From positions 235,876 to 299,875 of the IMG/VR virus record IMGVR_UViG_3300036766_000194: DNA of 64,000 bases; one strand, given 5' to 3'. The position numbers and the translations under genes were made by a program. This document shows positions 46,285 to 55,152 of this stretch, piece after piece (position 1 is the first letter of the stretch; each line of letters starts with the position of its first letter). The notes under the pieces are model-generated. The model made no database searches. It was not told where the DNA came from and saw nothing but the letters and a program-made list of their open reading frames with translations.

Positions 46285-49200
46285 TAGGGTTTACTCACAA
46301 CAGAAGGTTTTGCTGGCGTATGACGAACACGAAGAGATTTATTAGGAGGAATGGCAGATGGATCCTGCTGTGAAGTAGTGGCTGGACCATGAACATTTGT
46401 TGTGTTAATGTAGAAAATTTGATTTCCTTCTTTGTCTTTACTCAACGTTCCTGCTACACCTTCAATTCCAGGGGTTTTAAGAATATTTATCATGCTATCT
46501 TTTTTATCCCCAGTTATGGCATATCCGTTTCCTTCTTTTGTCGCTCTTAAGTTTTTTAACATACTTTCTACAGACATTGTATTCTCTAGGATACCCTTCT
46601 TATAGGCTTCTTCAAAATTTTTGTTATCCTTGTAAGCTAGATACTCTTCTACTCTTCTACCTACGTCCCCACCAGAAATATCAATTGCTGACCCCTCTCC
46701 CCACTTAGCCATTTCCTTTTTTTTAGCTGATAGAGGATCAGTAGCAAATTTAACCAGCATATTTATTCCTGAAGCAGTCATTTCTGCGGCGGGAACTAGT
46801 CTTCTAAAAAAAGCGTCCACAAGATTCTTAAGCATGTCCGAGGTGGTACGAGTATTCAATTCTATATTTTCTGCTGCTTTTTGTGCGTCTGTTTTTTCAT
46901 TTGCAGAAGGAAGCATTGAATACATAGTCATCACATTACCAAGACTTTCAGTGTGTTCCGCTATAGCGTCCGTAAGCGCAGTGCTCAGTTTTCCTGGTTG
47001 CTCTTTTTGTGCTTTTTGTATTTCTATCTGTTTTTCTCTCTCTGAAGTTACTTTCTTTAATCCCAATTTTTCAGAAACCATGTCATAGACTTTTGCAGCG
47101 GCAGAATCTCCTAAAGTTCCTTGTCCTACTGCTTGGGCTACTGATTTACCCGCTTCTCCAATACTTCCCACATAAGTTTCTAACCCTTGTTGATCGTTTA
47201 CCCCCAGTTTTTCGGCCATTTTATGAGCTAAAAGACTTCCATATGCTATTGAAGGTTCTCTACGGGCAAGTTGTATAAAAGTTTCTGATTCCTTTAATTC
47301 CCCACTTCCTCTCAGAGCTTCATTTATTTTGTCCAGGGCAGATCCCATAGTCTGGATGGTATCCTGCATATCCGACCCAGTGGCTTGGGTAAATTGAGCA
47401 TATCCTACGGAAGACAGCTTGCCGGACATCCAGTCCGCCATTCCTTTTCTCTTAACAAGTCCCTTTGATAGTTGCTTCATGGGCTGGGATATATCTTGTA
47501 CAACTTTGGGATCCAAACCCTTGTTGAGTACATGTTCTGACATCCAGGCATCAAGTTGTTCAGGATTAATAAGTCCTTCAATTCCACGAGTACTTATTCC
47601 ATGAGTTGTAAGGGCTTTTTCTACGGCCTTCTTCTGAAGTTTCACCGAAAATTCGCGCTCATTCATCATTTCTTTCTTACGTTCAGGACTCATATCTGTC
47701 ATCAAGTAAGCTCTAGTAGGAAGATCTAATTGTTGTTTTACCCCAGTTAAGGACTCAACATAAGTCTTAATATCTTCGGATGAATTAGCGCCTGTTCTTC
47801 CTAATAATTGCATAGCGTTCATAGATTCATTAAAAGATTTATTCAGACGGCCAAACCCCGAAGTAATATCGTCAAGTAAAGATACATACTTTGTAGTGCT
47901 CATCCCAGCTGCCTTAGCAGCTTTATCAACATTTAGGAAAAAGTCTCCTGAAGCGGATATGGATTGGCGATACTGTTGTAAGAGTTTTATGGTGGTTTTA
48001 ACCGTATCAACATCACTAAATCCAGCTACACGACCTGCCCCATAAGCAGTCCTTTGAAATTCTCCGGTTATCCCCTGAGTAAATCCCCCCTTCATCTCTC
48101 CACCCTTAGCAAGATCTGACACACTAAGCCCACTCTCTACCATAGCCTGGGCGATTTTCAAATTTCTTTCGGTTGAAAATGCTCCAATGGATTTAGCCGC
48201 CCCTGCCTCTGTAGGAGTTAAAGCTTCTCTTACTCCAGCAAAAGAACCTCTACCTGCTGAAATAATTCCTCCGGCTCCTAATCCTGCTTCATATTTTTTG
48301 TTTTGTTCTTGAACCTTGTCAAAGGTTTCTCTTATCATTTCTAGAATAGCCAAAGGAATTGCCGCACCTCCAATGGCTTCTCCTACACCCGCTGCTCCTC
48401 CTTCCATAAGTCCCCCGAGTTTAGAACCCAATCCTCCTACACCCGCTGCTCCTCCTTCCATAAGTCCCCCGAGTTTAGAACCCAATCCTCCTACACCCGC
48501 TGCTCCTCCTTCCATAAGTCCCCCGAGTTTAGAACCCAATCCTCCTACAAAACTTCCTCCTCCTGCTTTGACAAAACCCCCAGCTACGCCACCAGTTCCC
48601 CCCGCTGCTCCTCCTTCCATAAGTCCCCCGAGTTTAGAACCCAATCCTCCTACAAAACTTCCTCCTCCTGCTTTGACAAAACCCCCAGCTACGCCACCAG
48701 TTCCCCCCGCTTCTTGTGCAGCCTTTACACGACCTCCTACAAATTTATCTAGAAGTCCTGCAATCCCTCCGCCACCACCCGCTTGGCGTGCCATACCTCC
48801 TGCGGCTTCTCTAGAACTAATTCCCATCGTCTGCATACGTTCCAAAGCAGAAGCTCGGTTACGTCTAAAGGCTTCTTCATTACCTGCTACTCTAGCTTCT
48901 TTTGCTTCACGAATGTAGGCTGCGGCTTGACCATATCTTTTATATTTTTCTCCAATAATAGGGAGTTGGAACCCCGTTCCTGTGGCCTTCAATCCTTCAC
49001 GGATGTTATTTATTGCTCTTTGAGTTTGCCCCAACTTTTTTGTGTTATTCAAAAGGTCCATCATACTACGATTTATGTTTAAAATGCCTCTCTCATAACG
49101 TTCTGCAGTTGTGGGGTCGAGGGCATCTTTTGAAGATTTCCCTAACTTTTTCATCGTACCTGTTAGGTCTGTTATTTCACGGTCTAGCATTCCCACATAT

Positions 49201-49688
49201 TGACTTAAAGCACGCTGAGTAGTGGAAGACATAAATCCACTCTTTGTAATATCCTGAGCCTGCTTTTTCATCTTTTCAAGAGTATTTTTCATACTCTCAA
49301 AGTCTTTAGCACTTTTAGTTTGATAAACGCTGTTTTTCTTGTAGAGATCTAGAAGAATCTTAAAACGATCTTTGACATCGTCCGACTGATTCACTATTTT
49401 CTTTAATTCTGTATCTAAGGTTTCTGCCCCTCTTCCTAACTCTTCTAAAGGTTTTAGAGCTTCTTTTAAAATATCTGCTAATTGACTGGTGCTACCTACA
49501 AGGGAAGCCATCTTGTCGGACATTGAAGACAGTTTGTCGTTTAACTGTTGATATACATGAGGGTCCATTGTAGACCCTGGATTAGCAGGAGTTTGTGAAC
49601 GTGATTCTGAGAAGTCAGCAGTTCCGAATTGCCCCGGATTGCCTTCACCTTCTCCCCCGCCTGGAGGTCCGCCTGGAGGAATACCCAT
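46284..49688 (-). CDS. tape measure protein
   Basis: 1134 aa, helical and Ala/Gly/Lys-rich; lies between chaperone-like and tube-initiator genes. Confidence 0.7.
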   Translation of the reverse strand: MGIPPGGPPGGGEGEGNPGQFGTADFSESRSQTPANPGSTMDPHVYQQLNDKLSSMSDKMASLVGSTSQLADILKEALKPLEELGRGAETLDTELKKIVNQSDDVKDRFKILLDLYKKNSVYQTKSAKDFESMKNTLEKMKKQAQDITKSGFMSSTTQRALSQYVGMLDREITDLTGTMKKLGKSSKDALDPTTAERYERGILNINRSMMDLLNNTKKLGQTQRAINNIREGLKATGTGFQLPIIGEKYKRYGQAAAYIREAKEARVAGNEEAFRRNRASALERMQTMGISSREAAGGMARQAGGGGGIAGLLDKFVGGRVKAAQEAGGTGGVAGGFVKAGGGSFVGGLGSKLGGLMEGGAAGGTGGVAGGFVKAGGGSFVGGLGSKLGGLMEGGAAGVGGLGSKLGGLMEGGAAGVGGLGSKLGGLMEGGAAGVGEAIGGAAIPLAILEMIRETFDKVQEQNKKYEAGLGAGGIISAGRGSFAGVREALTPTEAGAAKSIGAFSTERNLKIAQAMVESGLSVSDLAKGGEMKGGFTQGITGEFQRTAYGAGRVAGFSDVDTVKTTIKLLQQYRQSISASGDFFLNVDKAAKAAGMSTTKYVSLLDDITSGFGRLNKSFNESMNAMQLLGRTGANSSEDIKTYVESLTGVKQQLDLPTRAYLMTDMSPERKKEMMNEREFSVKLQKKAVEKALTTHGISTRGIEGLINPEQLDAWMSEHVLNKGLDPKVVQDISQPMKQLSKGLVKRKGMADWMSGKLSSVGYAQFTQATGSDMQDTIQTMGSALDKINEALRGSGELKESETFIQLARREPSIAYGSLLAHKMAEKLGVNDQQGLETYVGSIGEAGKSVAQAVGQGTLGDSAAAKVYDMVSEKLGLKKVTSEREKQIEIQKAQKEQPGKLSTALTDAIAEHTESLGNVMTMYSMLPSANEKTDAQKAAENIELNTRTTSDMLKNLVDAFFRRLVPAAEMTASGINMLVKFATDPLSAKKKEMAKWGEGSAIDISGGDVGRRVEEYLAYKDNKNFEEAYKKGILENTMSVESMLKNLRATKEGNGYAITGDKKDSMINILKTPGIEGVAGTLSKDKEGNQIFYINTTNVHGPATTSQQDPSAIPPNKSLRVRHTPAKPSVVSKP
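48382..48711. repeat. nested perfect in-frame tandem repeats (54-bp x3 and 105-bp x2)
   Basis: 54-bp units start at 48382, 48436 and 48490; 105-bp units start at 48496 and 48601. Confidence 0.95.
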
Positions 49689-49691
49689 TTA

Positions 49692-50339
49692 TTAACTCTT
49701 TTCGTTTAAATCTTTTTCTACTTGTTTAACTACTTCTTCCCCATCTACCTTGAACAGATTAGTAACTTCTTCTGCTATCACCGCTTTGTTTACCTCTTCA
49801 ATCTCTTTCATAGCCTGGTCAAAAAACCGACGTTCTACATCCGTCATTACAGATGATTCTGGGAACGAGGCAATCAAACGATCTTCAATTTTCTGGCTAT
49901 GAACCATCAATACTTTCCAAAGAATGTTAGTGATTTCTTGACCCCAACCGGAAAGAATATTACGCAGAACAACTTGTATATCTTTCTTTACCGAAGACTT
50001 ATCGGTGGGATCCTTTACCATTCTTTGAGCAGGACTCAAGTCTCTAATCTTTATCCCATCGATATAAGAAAGAGCACGGGATAAAATTTCTATCTTAACT
50101 CTCTGAACCCAAGCATATCCCTTAGAATCTTCAACCGCAAGAAGAGACATCATCTCGTCTTCCGAAGGAATATTACTAATACGAAGAACATGTTCCCTAC
50201 CACTTGCCTTTATAGTAAGAATCTCTTCACAATCTTCTAATCCAAATCCTTTTAGACCAGAAATAATATCATCTATAGATTCAGGAATACCTTGATCCTG
50301 TTTTTCTTGTAGTAGTTCCATGTTATCTCCTTCAATCAT
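49692..50339 (-). CDS. probable tail assembly chaperone
   Basis: Acidic; KIEILSRALSYIDG; immediately upstream of the tape measure gene. Confidence 0.55.
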   Translation of the reverse strand: MIEGDNMELLQEKQDQGIPESIDDIISGLKGFGLEDCEEILTIKASGREHVLRISNIPSEDEMMSLLAVEDSKGYAWVQRVKIEILSRALSYIDGIKIRDLSPAQRMVKDPTDKSSVKKDIQVVLRNILSGWGQEITNILWKVLMVHSQKIEDRLIASFPESSVMTDVERRFFDQAMKEIEEVNKAVIAEEVTNLFKVDGEEVVKQVEKDLNEKS

Positions 50340-50438
50340 GTTATCTCCCTCTTACTGTAACCACGTATATCTGAAGATTAATTCTATTACTCAATCTAAT
50401 CATTAACCTTTTTTCATCTCATCTAGTAGAATAACTAC

Positions 50439-50939
50439 ATGAGAGACCAAAACACCTTCAATGAGGAAGAAAGGTTCTACGGTAGGGCCAACGACTTGGT
50501 AGACCGCAACAGCGGAAAGCTAGAAGTTTTGGAGGCTTACGCGGAATATTCTTTTTGGAAGGCTATTTTTGGTAGCTGGCCTGGTGTGTTTATTATAGGT
50601 CTTTCCATGATGGGTTTCTTTGACCCCAAATCTCCCTTTGTACACTTCTTTCATTTCTCTCCCGCAAAAACTATTGTTATCCTTCTATTTTTGATGTTCT
50701 TGTCTATGTTGTCAAAACCTCTCAACATCATAGCTTTTCTACTAGTTTTTACTGGAGCAGGTTTTGGACTCTACCTCGTATCTCCAGCATGGTTTTGGTT
50801 TGTGATTGTAATGGGTATTTTCCTTGTGTTTGCAGTTGTATTGTATTTAATTTTCGATATCCTAAAAATTCCTTCGACTGTAACTGTTGTTGTTGTGGCA
50901 ACTCTTGCCATCTTTGTTATAACTATTTATATTTCTTGA
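50439..50939 (+). CDS. multi-pass membrane protein inserted antisense in the tail operon
   Basis: About 5 hydrophobic segments; own upstream AT-rich region; 3' end overlaps the convergent gene. Confidence 0.65.
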   Translation: MRDQNTFNEEERFYGRANDLVDRNSGKLEVLEAYAEYSFWKAIFGSWPGVFIIGLSMMGFFDPKSPFVHFFHFSPAKTIVILLFLMFLSMLSKPLNIIAFLLVFTGAGFGLYLVSPAWFWFVIVMGIFLVFAVVLYLIFDILKIPSTVTVVVVATLAIFVITIYIS

Positions 50940-51981
50940 TGCGTTCCTGAGGATTTTCGGGTTTATCGTCCTGATCTCTAGGAACGGGGACTATCTTTCC
51001 TTTCTTTAACTTATCACCCCGTTCTCTCACTTCCTTATCGGTGAGTATTTCTATCTTCTCTTCAACTATACCTGGACCGCCGCGCTTCTTTACAAGAGTA
51101 TCGTACTTGTTCTTGTAAGAATCAGCTTGATCCCTCTGTTGCTTTTCAAATGTTTCAATAAGTCTCTCATGGCGATCATTAGACATCATACCCTTCAATT
51201 CACGTTGTAATCCTTCTAAAGAGTCATCCGCATGTGCCCACCCGTCATTAACATCTACAGTACGATCTAACCTAATGACATCTTCCCAAGGCTCTATGTT
51301 ATCAAATTTTAAAGACTTAGCTATATTATTAAGTTCTGAGGTTAGTCCATCAGCATTCTTTCCAACCCAAGGTCGGATAATCAAAGCTGCGTTCAAATTA
51401 TTCTCTATTTTCACAACATTGTTTTCATGTTGTTTACACATAGTTGCCCAGAAACGAGCATGGTCAGAAGCAACTAAAATCTTCATCTTAGAATTATCTG
51501 GTAGGGTGACTTCACGATTCTCAAATCCTGCTATCTGTGTCCCCCGACTAACCCATAGACGATTAGAATCTGAGGAAGTAGAGAAGGCAAAAAGATAGGA
51601 GAATAGGCTGAAATCATAGTCAGACATTTCCTTTAACAACCGAATAATACTATGAATTTCATTACCGGATAGAGAATCCACATAATCAGGAGGCAAGGTT
51701 GTTCCTGTACGAATCATGTTATTTATGAATTCCTCTAAATTTATACTCCAGCGCTGTAAAATTTTACGTTCAGAAAGATGAACTCCTCTAACCCATCCCA
51801 TCCTTTTACCTTCTAAGATTAGGGGGCGTATACGAGCACCAGTCTCTAGTAATTCACTGATGGCTTCGGATATTTGGAATCTAACAGTTTCCACATATTC
51901 AGAGGGAAGTTTCTTCAACTCCCCCGAATTAATGCGGCGCATAATCTCTATTCCAGAGTATCCCTTATTCATTGGATTCAC
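50923..51981 (-). CDS. hypothetical tail-assembly protein
   Basis: 352 aa ORF in the tail operon. Confidence 0.6.
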   Translation of the reverse strand: MNPMNKGYSGIEIMRRINSGELKKLPSEYVETVRFQISEAISELLETGARIRPLILEGKRMGWVRGVHLSERKILQRWSINLEEFINNMIRTGTTLPPDYVDSLSGNEIHSIIRLLKEMSDYDFSLFSYLFAFSTSSDSNRLWVSRGTQIAGFENREVTLPDNSKMKILVASDHARFWATMCKQHENNVVKIENNLNAALIIRPWVGKNADGLTSELNNIAKSLKFDNIEPWEDVIRLDRTVDVNDGWAHADDSLEGLQRELKGMMSNDRHERLIETFEKQQRDQADSYKNKYDTLVKKRGGPGIVEEKIEILTDKEVRERGDKLKKGKIVPVPRDQDDKPENPQERIKKYK

Positions 51982-52468
51982 CCTTTACAACTGCTCCGCG
52001 TTTGTTGGACTTATCCAATATCTCTTTTTCCAAATTCTGTTGTTCTTGTAATTCCTTCCTACCGAAAGTAGACTCCATCTGTCTGTGTATAACATCGATA
52101 ACTTCTTCTTTTTGTTCTTCATCTTCAAACACTTTCTTATTGTGAGTCAAGGGGTCAGGAGCTTTATACAGGTATGTAGTGGAAAAGATTTTTGACTTTG
52201 GCAGTTTGTAGCGGTATATAATATATGCACGCTCTAACACGGCTGTAGGAATGCTCTTTAGGATCTTCAAAGCATCGGAGAAGGATGAGATTTTCATCCC
52301 ACTCACATTATCCAAAGAGGCTGCTAAAGTAACCCGACGAGGATCTTCTTTGCCGAATTTAAGAGCAAATTCTTCCTTCCAGGATAATCGTCGGAACTGA
52401 AATGTATAATGGAGTAGCTTAACTTCTATCATGTTTAGGGGATGTGGAGTTCCTCTCTGTAATTTCAA
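51965..52468 (-). CDS. probable tail assembly chaperone
   Basis: FRRLSWKEE...LAASL..VSG pattern. Confidence 0.5.
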   Translation of the reverse strand: MKLQRGTPHPLNMIEVKLLHYTFQFRRLSWKEEFALKFGKEDPRRVTLAASLDNVSGMKISSFSDALKILKSIPTAVLERAYIIYRYKLPKSKIFSTTYLYKAPDPLTHNKKVFEDEEQKEEVIDVIHRQMESTFGRKELQEQQNLEKEILDKSNKRGAVVKGESNE

Positions 52469-52508
52469 TACCGGATATATCTTCGCTTAGGAGTATTAGA
52501 GTCATACA

Positions 52509-53999
52509 ATGACTGACGCATTTCCACTAGAGCTTCTCTCCTTAATCAAAGAATTGTGTAGAGTAGACCACTACCAAGATGTAATCAAACACAAGAAGAA
52601 CCTAAAATGGGCTTCTGAAATATTTGATGCCTCTAAAGGAGGTAATGACTTTGATTTAATGAAGCTGTTCCTTGTCTACACAGAAAAGTTTTCTAAGACT
52701 CCTCCCGACATAAAGGCTTTTAGAGATTTTATAAGCACCGAACAACTTTCAGAGGGTTCCCTTGTTACCCTTGACAAAATCAGTAGTCTTACAGATGAAA
52801 ATTCTTCCCAAGATATTGAGTACCTTGTAGATGCCTTTGTAAAACACGTCCGTAACATATTTCACATAACAAATTACCAAAAAGCTGCCGCAAATGTAGA
52901 AGGAAAGACAGTTGATTTTGTAAAAAACTGGCTTCATAAGCGTTGGACTCTAGATCTTCCTGATGAAGGTCCCCGAGCGGCGGGGTTGTTAGAAGACAAC
53001 ACCTTAGCCGTTTACAACTATGTGGCTAAGAATTTCAAAGAAGATGCTGAAGAAAACACCTTAGAAACAGGTTTTCCTTCTATTGACAACAATGTAATTT
53101 TAGGATTTGGTCAACTTTCTTATGTAGGAATTGCGGGTCAGTCGGGTCATGGTAAAACAATGCTCTTGAACACCTTGGTGTACAACTGGTTAAGGGCTGG
53201 AAAGAATATTCTTTATAATTCTCTAGAACATAGTCCTGAGAATATATGGACAAAGATTACTTTTTTACATTCGGAATACTACCGCGAACACTTCAAACTA
53301 CCCCCATTCAATTATTGGCGTATGGGTAAAAAAGCTCCTATTCCTATTTCTTCCGAAGACTGGGATCACTTTAGGATGATCCGTGAAGATGCTGAAGATC
53401 GCGGTGGATTGAAGGGTCACTTAGATGTTCAAGGATTTCGTACTTGGGATGAGATCAATTCTCATGCTAAGATGAATCATGGGCGTCTAAAATATCATGC
53501 CATTGTCATTGACTATCTTGAACATCTTGATCTTCCTGGTGATGCTAGGTTTGCTGAAGCAGAGTATAAAAAGCTAATCAAATCTGCCGCAACTATGTCT
53601 AGAACCTTTGACAACAACAGGGGAATTGTTGTGGTTACTCCTCTTCCTATTAATAAAGCCGCCGCAGAAGGGGCTGGAGAATTCAATCATGAAAACCCAG
53701 AACAACCCTTTGGTTTGACTGGGATTAGAGGATTGTCTCAGATTAACTACGACATGGATCTTATTTTAGGAGTTCATAGTGATGATGCTATGAAGCTAGA
53801 TGGTGAAATGGTAGTATTTGGTTTAAAGGCCCGTGAGGGACTTCAAGTTCCTATTACTCTATGTAAAGTAAATTTAAGCAACTTCTTAGTTGGAGAACGG
53901 GGATCCATTGTAAGAAAACAACAAGAACAGGCAGCAATGGGAGAAGTAAATGCTGAAAACGTTCCTAAGGATCTATTCAATTATGCGGACGAGTTATAA
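52509..53999 (+). CDS. dnaB: DnaB-like (SF4) replicative helicase
   Basis: TGFPSID, GIAGQSGHGKT (Walker A), YNSLEH, IVIDYL (Walker B), I.YD.DLIL, KAREG. Confidence 0.85.
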   Translation: MTDAFPLELLSLIKELCRVDHYQDVIKHKKNLKWASEIFDASKGGNDFDLMKLFLVYTEKFSKTPPDIKAFRDFISTEQLSEGSLVTLDKISSLTDENSSQDIEYLVDAFVKHVRNIFHITNYQKAAANVEGKTVDFVKNWLHKRWTLDLPDEGPRAAGLLEDNTLAVYNYVAKNFKEDAEENTLETGFPSIDNNVILGFGQLSYVGIAGQSGHGKTMLLNTLVYNWLRAGKNILYNSLEHSPENIWTKITFLHSEYYREHFKLPPFNYWRMGKKAPIPISSEDWDHFRMIREDAEDRGGLKGHLDVQGFRTWDEINSHAKMNHGRLKYHAIVIDYLEHLDLPGDARFAEAEYKKLIKSAATMSRTFDNNRGIVVVTPLPINKAAAEGAGEFNHENPEQPFGLTGIRGLSQINYDMDLILGVHSDDAMKLDGEMVVFGLKAREGLQVPITLCKVNLSNFLVGERGSIVRKQQEQAAMGEVNAENVPKDLFNYADEL

Positions 54000-54925
54000 T
54001 GGCTGAAGATAAAACAACGACTACACTGGTATGGATGAAGCTGAATGTTCAATCCTTTCTAGATTCTGAAGATGTAGATATGATGACTGATTCGGAGGTA
54101 GGTCAGTATTGTCTGCTTTTGTTCTGGGCATGGAAACTAGGAAAGAACTGTACTCTACCTAATGATCCAAAATGGCTAGCCAAAAAAGCTCATTGTGATG
54201 AAGTCTCTACACGAGTTATGTCAAAATTTTTAACGGATGAAAGTGGGCGTATTTTTAACAAAGTGGAGCAAGATACTTTTGTTTCTCAACTGAACATCGC
54301 CATGAAGAAGATAGATAATTCTCCTCAGAGAGTGAGTGCTTCTCGTAATAATGGTCAATTAGGTGGTCGTCCAAGAAAAACTCAAGAAGAACCCGAAGGG
54401 AAACCTAGGAATAACCCGAGAGAAACCCGAGAAGAACCTGAGAAACCTGAAGGTTTAGGTTTAGGTTTAGGTTTAAATAAAGAAGAGTATAGTATAGATA
54501 ATTCTCTAGATGCTAATGTTGATTCTAGGTATTGTGATCATGGACTCCGTTCAAAGTGTTTTAACGAAGAATGTAAGAACCCATCTATAAAACCTGTCCG
54601 TTCTAATAAAATTGGTTTCAATCCGTATGAAGTAGAAGTTCCTGGGTTTTCTACTGAAGAAGTTAAATTTGTAGTGAATTACCATTGGAATTATTCTCAA
54701 AATCCTTTCTGGCGTGATAGGAGAATTTCTGACGCCAATTTTTTCATTAGAAATTTCCCTAAGATGGCCGCCGCAATTCCCTATGACTGGAAACCCCCAG
54801 TTTCTAAAAATAAGGTAAAACCTAACCCAAAATGTGAAGTTTGCTCTGGTGAAGGAGGAACTTGGAAGGAACCCTTCCCCGGTAAACCAAAGGTGTTTGA
54901 AGATTGTTCTTGTATTTCAAAATAG
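53999..54925 (+). CDS. YdaU/DUF1376-like replication initiator with C-terminal Zn finger
   Basis: WMKL.V..FL.......M...EVGQY.LLL..AW...LPND..WLA; R.NG..GGRP; CEVC..EG...CSC. Confidence 0.7.
   Translation: MAEDKTTTTLVWMKLNVQSFLDSEDVDMMTDSEVGQYCLLLFWAWKLGKNCTLPNDPKWLAKKAHCDEVSTRVMSKFLTDESGRIFNKVEQDTFVSQLNIAMKKIDNSPQRVSASRNNGQLGGRPRKTQEEPEGKPRNNPRETREEPEKPEGLGLGLGLNKEEYSIDNSLDANVDSRYCDHGLRSKCFNEECKNPSIKPVRSNKIGFNPYEVEVPGFSTEEVKFVVNYHWNYSQNPFWRDRRISDANFFIRNFPKMAAAIPYDWKPPVSKNKVKPNPKCEVCSGEGGTWKEPFPGKPKVFEDCSCISK
54388..54476. repeat. iteron-like repeats (AACC(C/T)GA units and (GGTTTA)4) inside the initiator gene
   Basis: About six AACCY units followed by four tandem GGTTTA at 54452-54475 (complement of TAAACC), then an AT-rich tract. 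Confidence 0.6.
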
Positions 54926-55045
54926 GAAAAATTTAGTATTAATAAGCGAGGAATGAAAAACCTATGATTTAGATCCTTTTCTTACTATGATTTCTTTAAC
55001 GTGTTTGTATACAAAGGGTTAAAAAGAAATAAGAAATTTTCGCTT

Positions 55046-55074
55046 TTGAACTGTTCGGGAAATTTCTGTATCAT
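55046..55074 (+). promoter_or_regulatory. sigma70-type promoter upstream of the RNR gene
   Basis: TTGAAC-N17-TATCAT with an A-rich upstream tract. Confidence 0.5.
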
Positions 55075-55152
55075 ACCGTTAGGACTTTTGTAAGCGCAAA
55101 AATCCAACGACAATTAAACACTACACAATAATCAAAAGGGGAAGGTTTGTCT

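Noticed and set aside
48382-48711. CRISPR array
   Set aside because: The units are contiguous in-frame coding repeats without unique spacers.
44251-48918. Antisense ORFs 44251-44604 and 48316-48918 (and the many other short shadow ORFs in the track)
   Set aside because: They are mirror frames of repeats or of long genes, with no independent signals.
54452-54475. Telomere-like repeat
   Set aside because: Only four units inside a coding linker (GLGLGLGL); better explained as iterons or slippage.
55115-55135. NrdR box upstream of the RNR gene
   Set aside because: ACACTACACAATAATC matches only the left half of the palindromic consensus.
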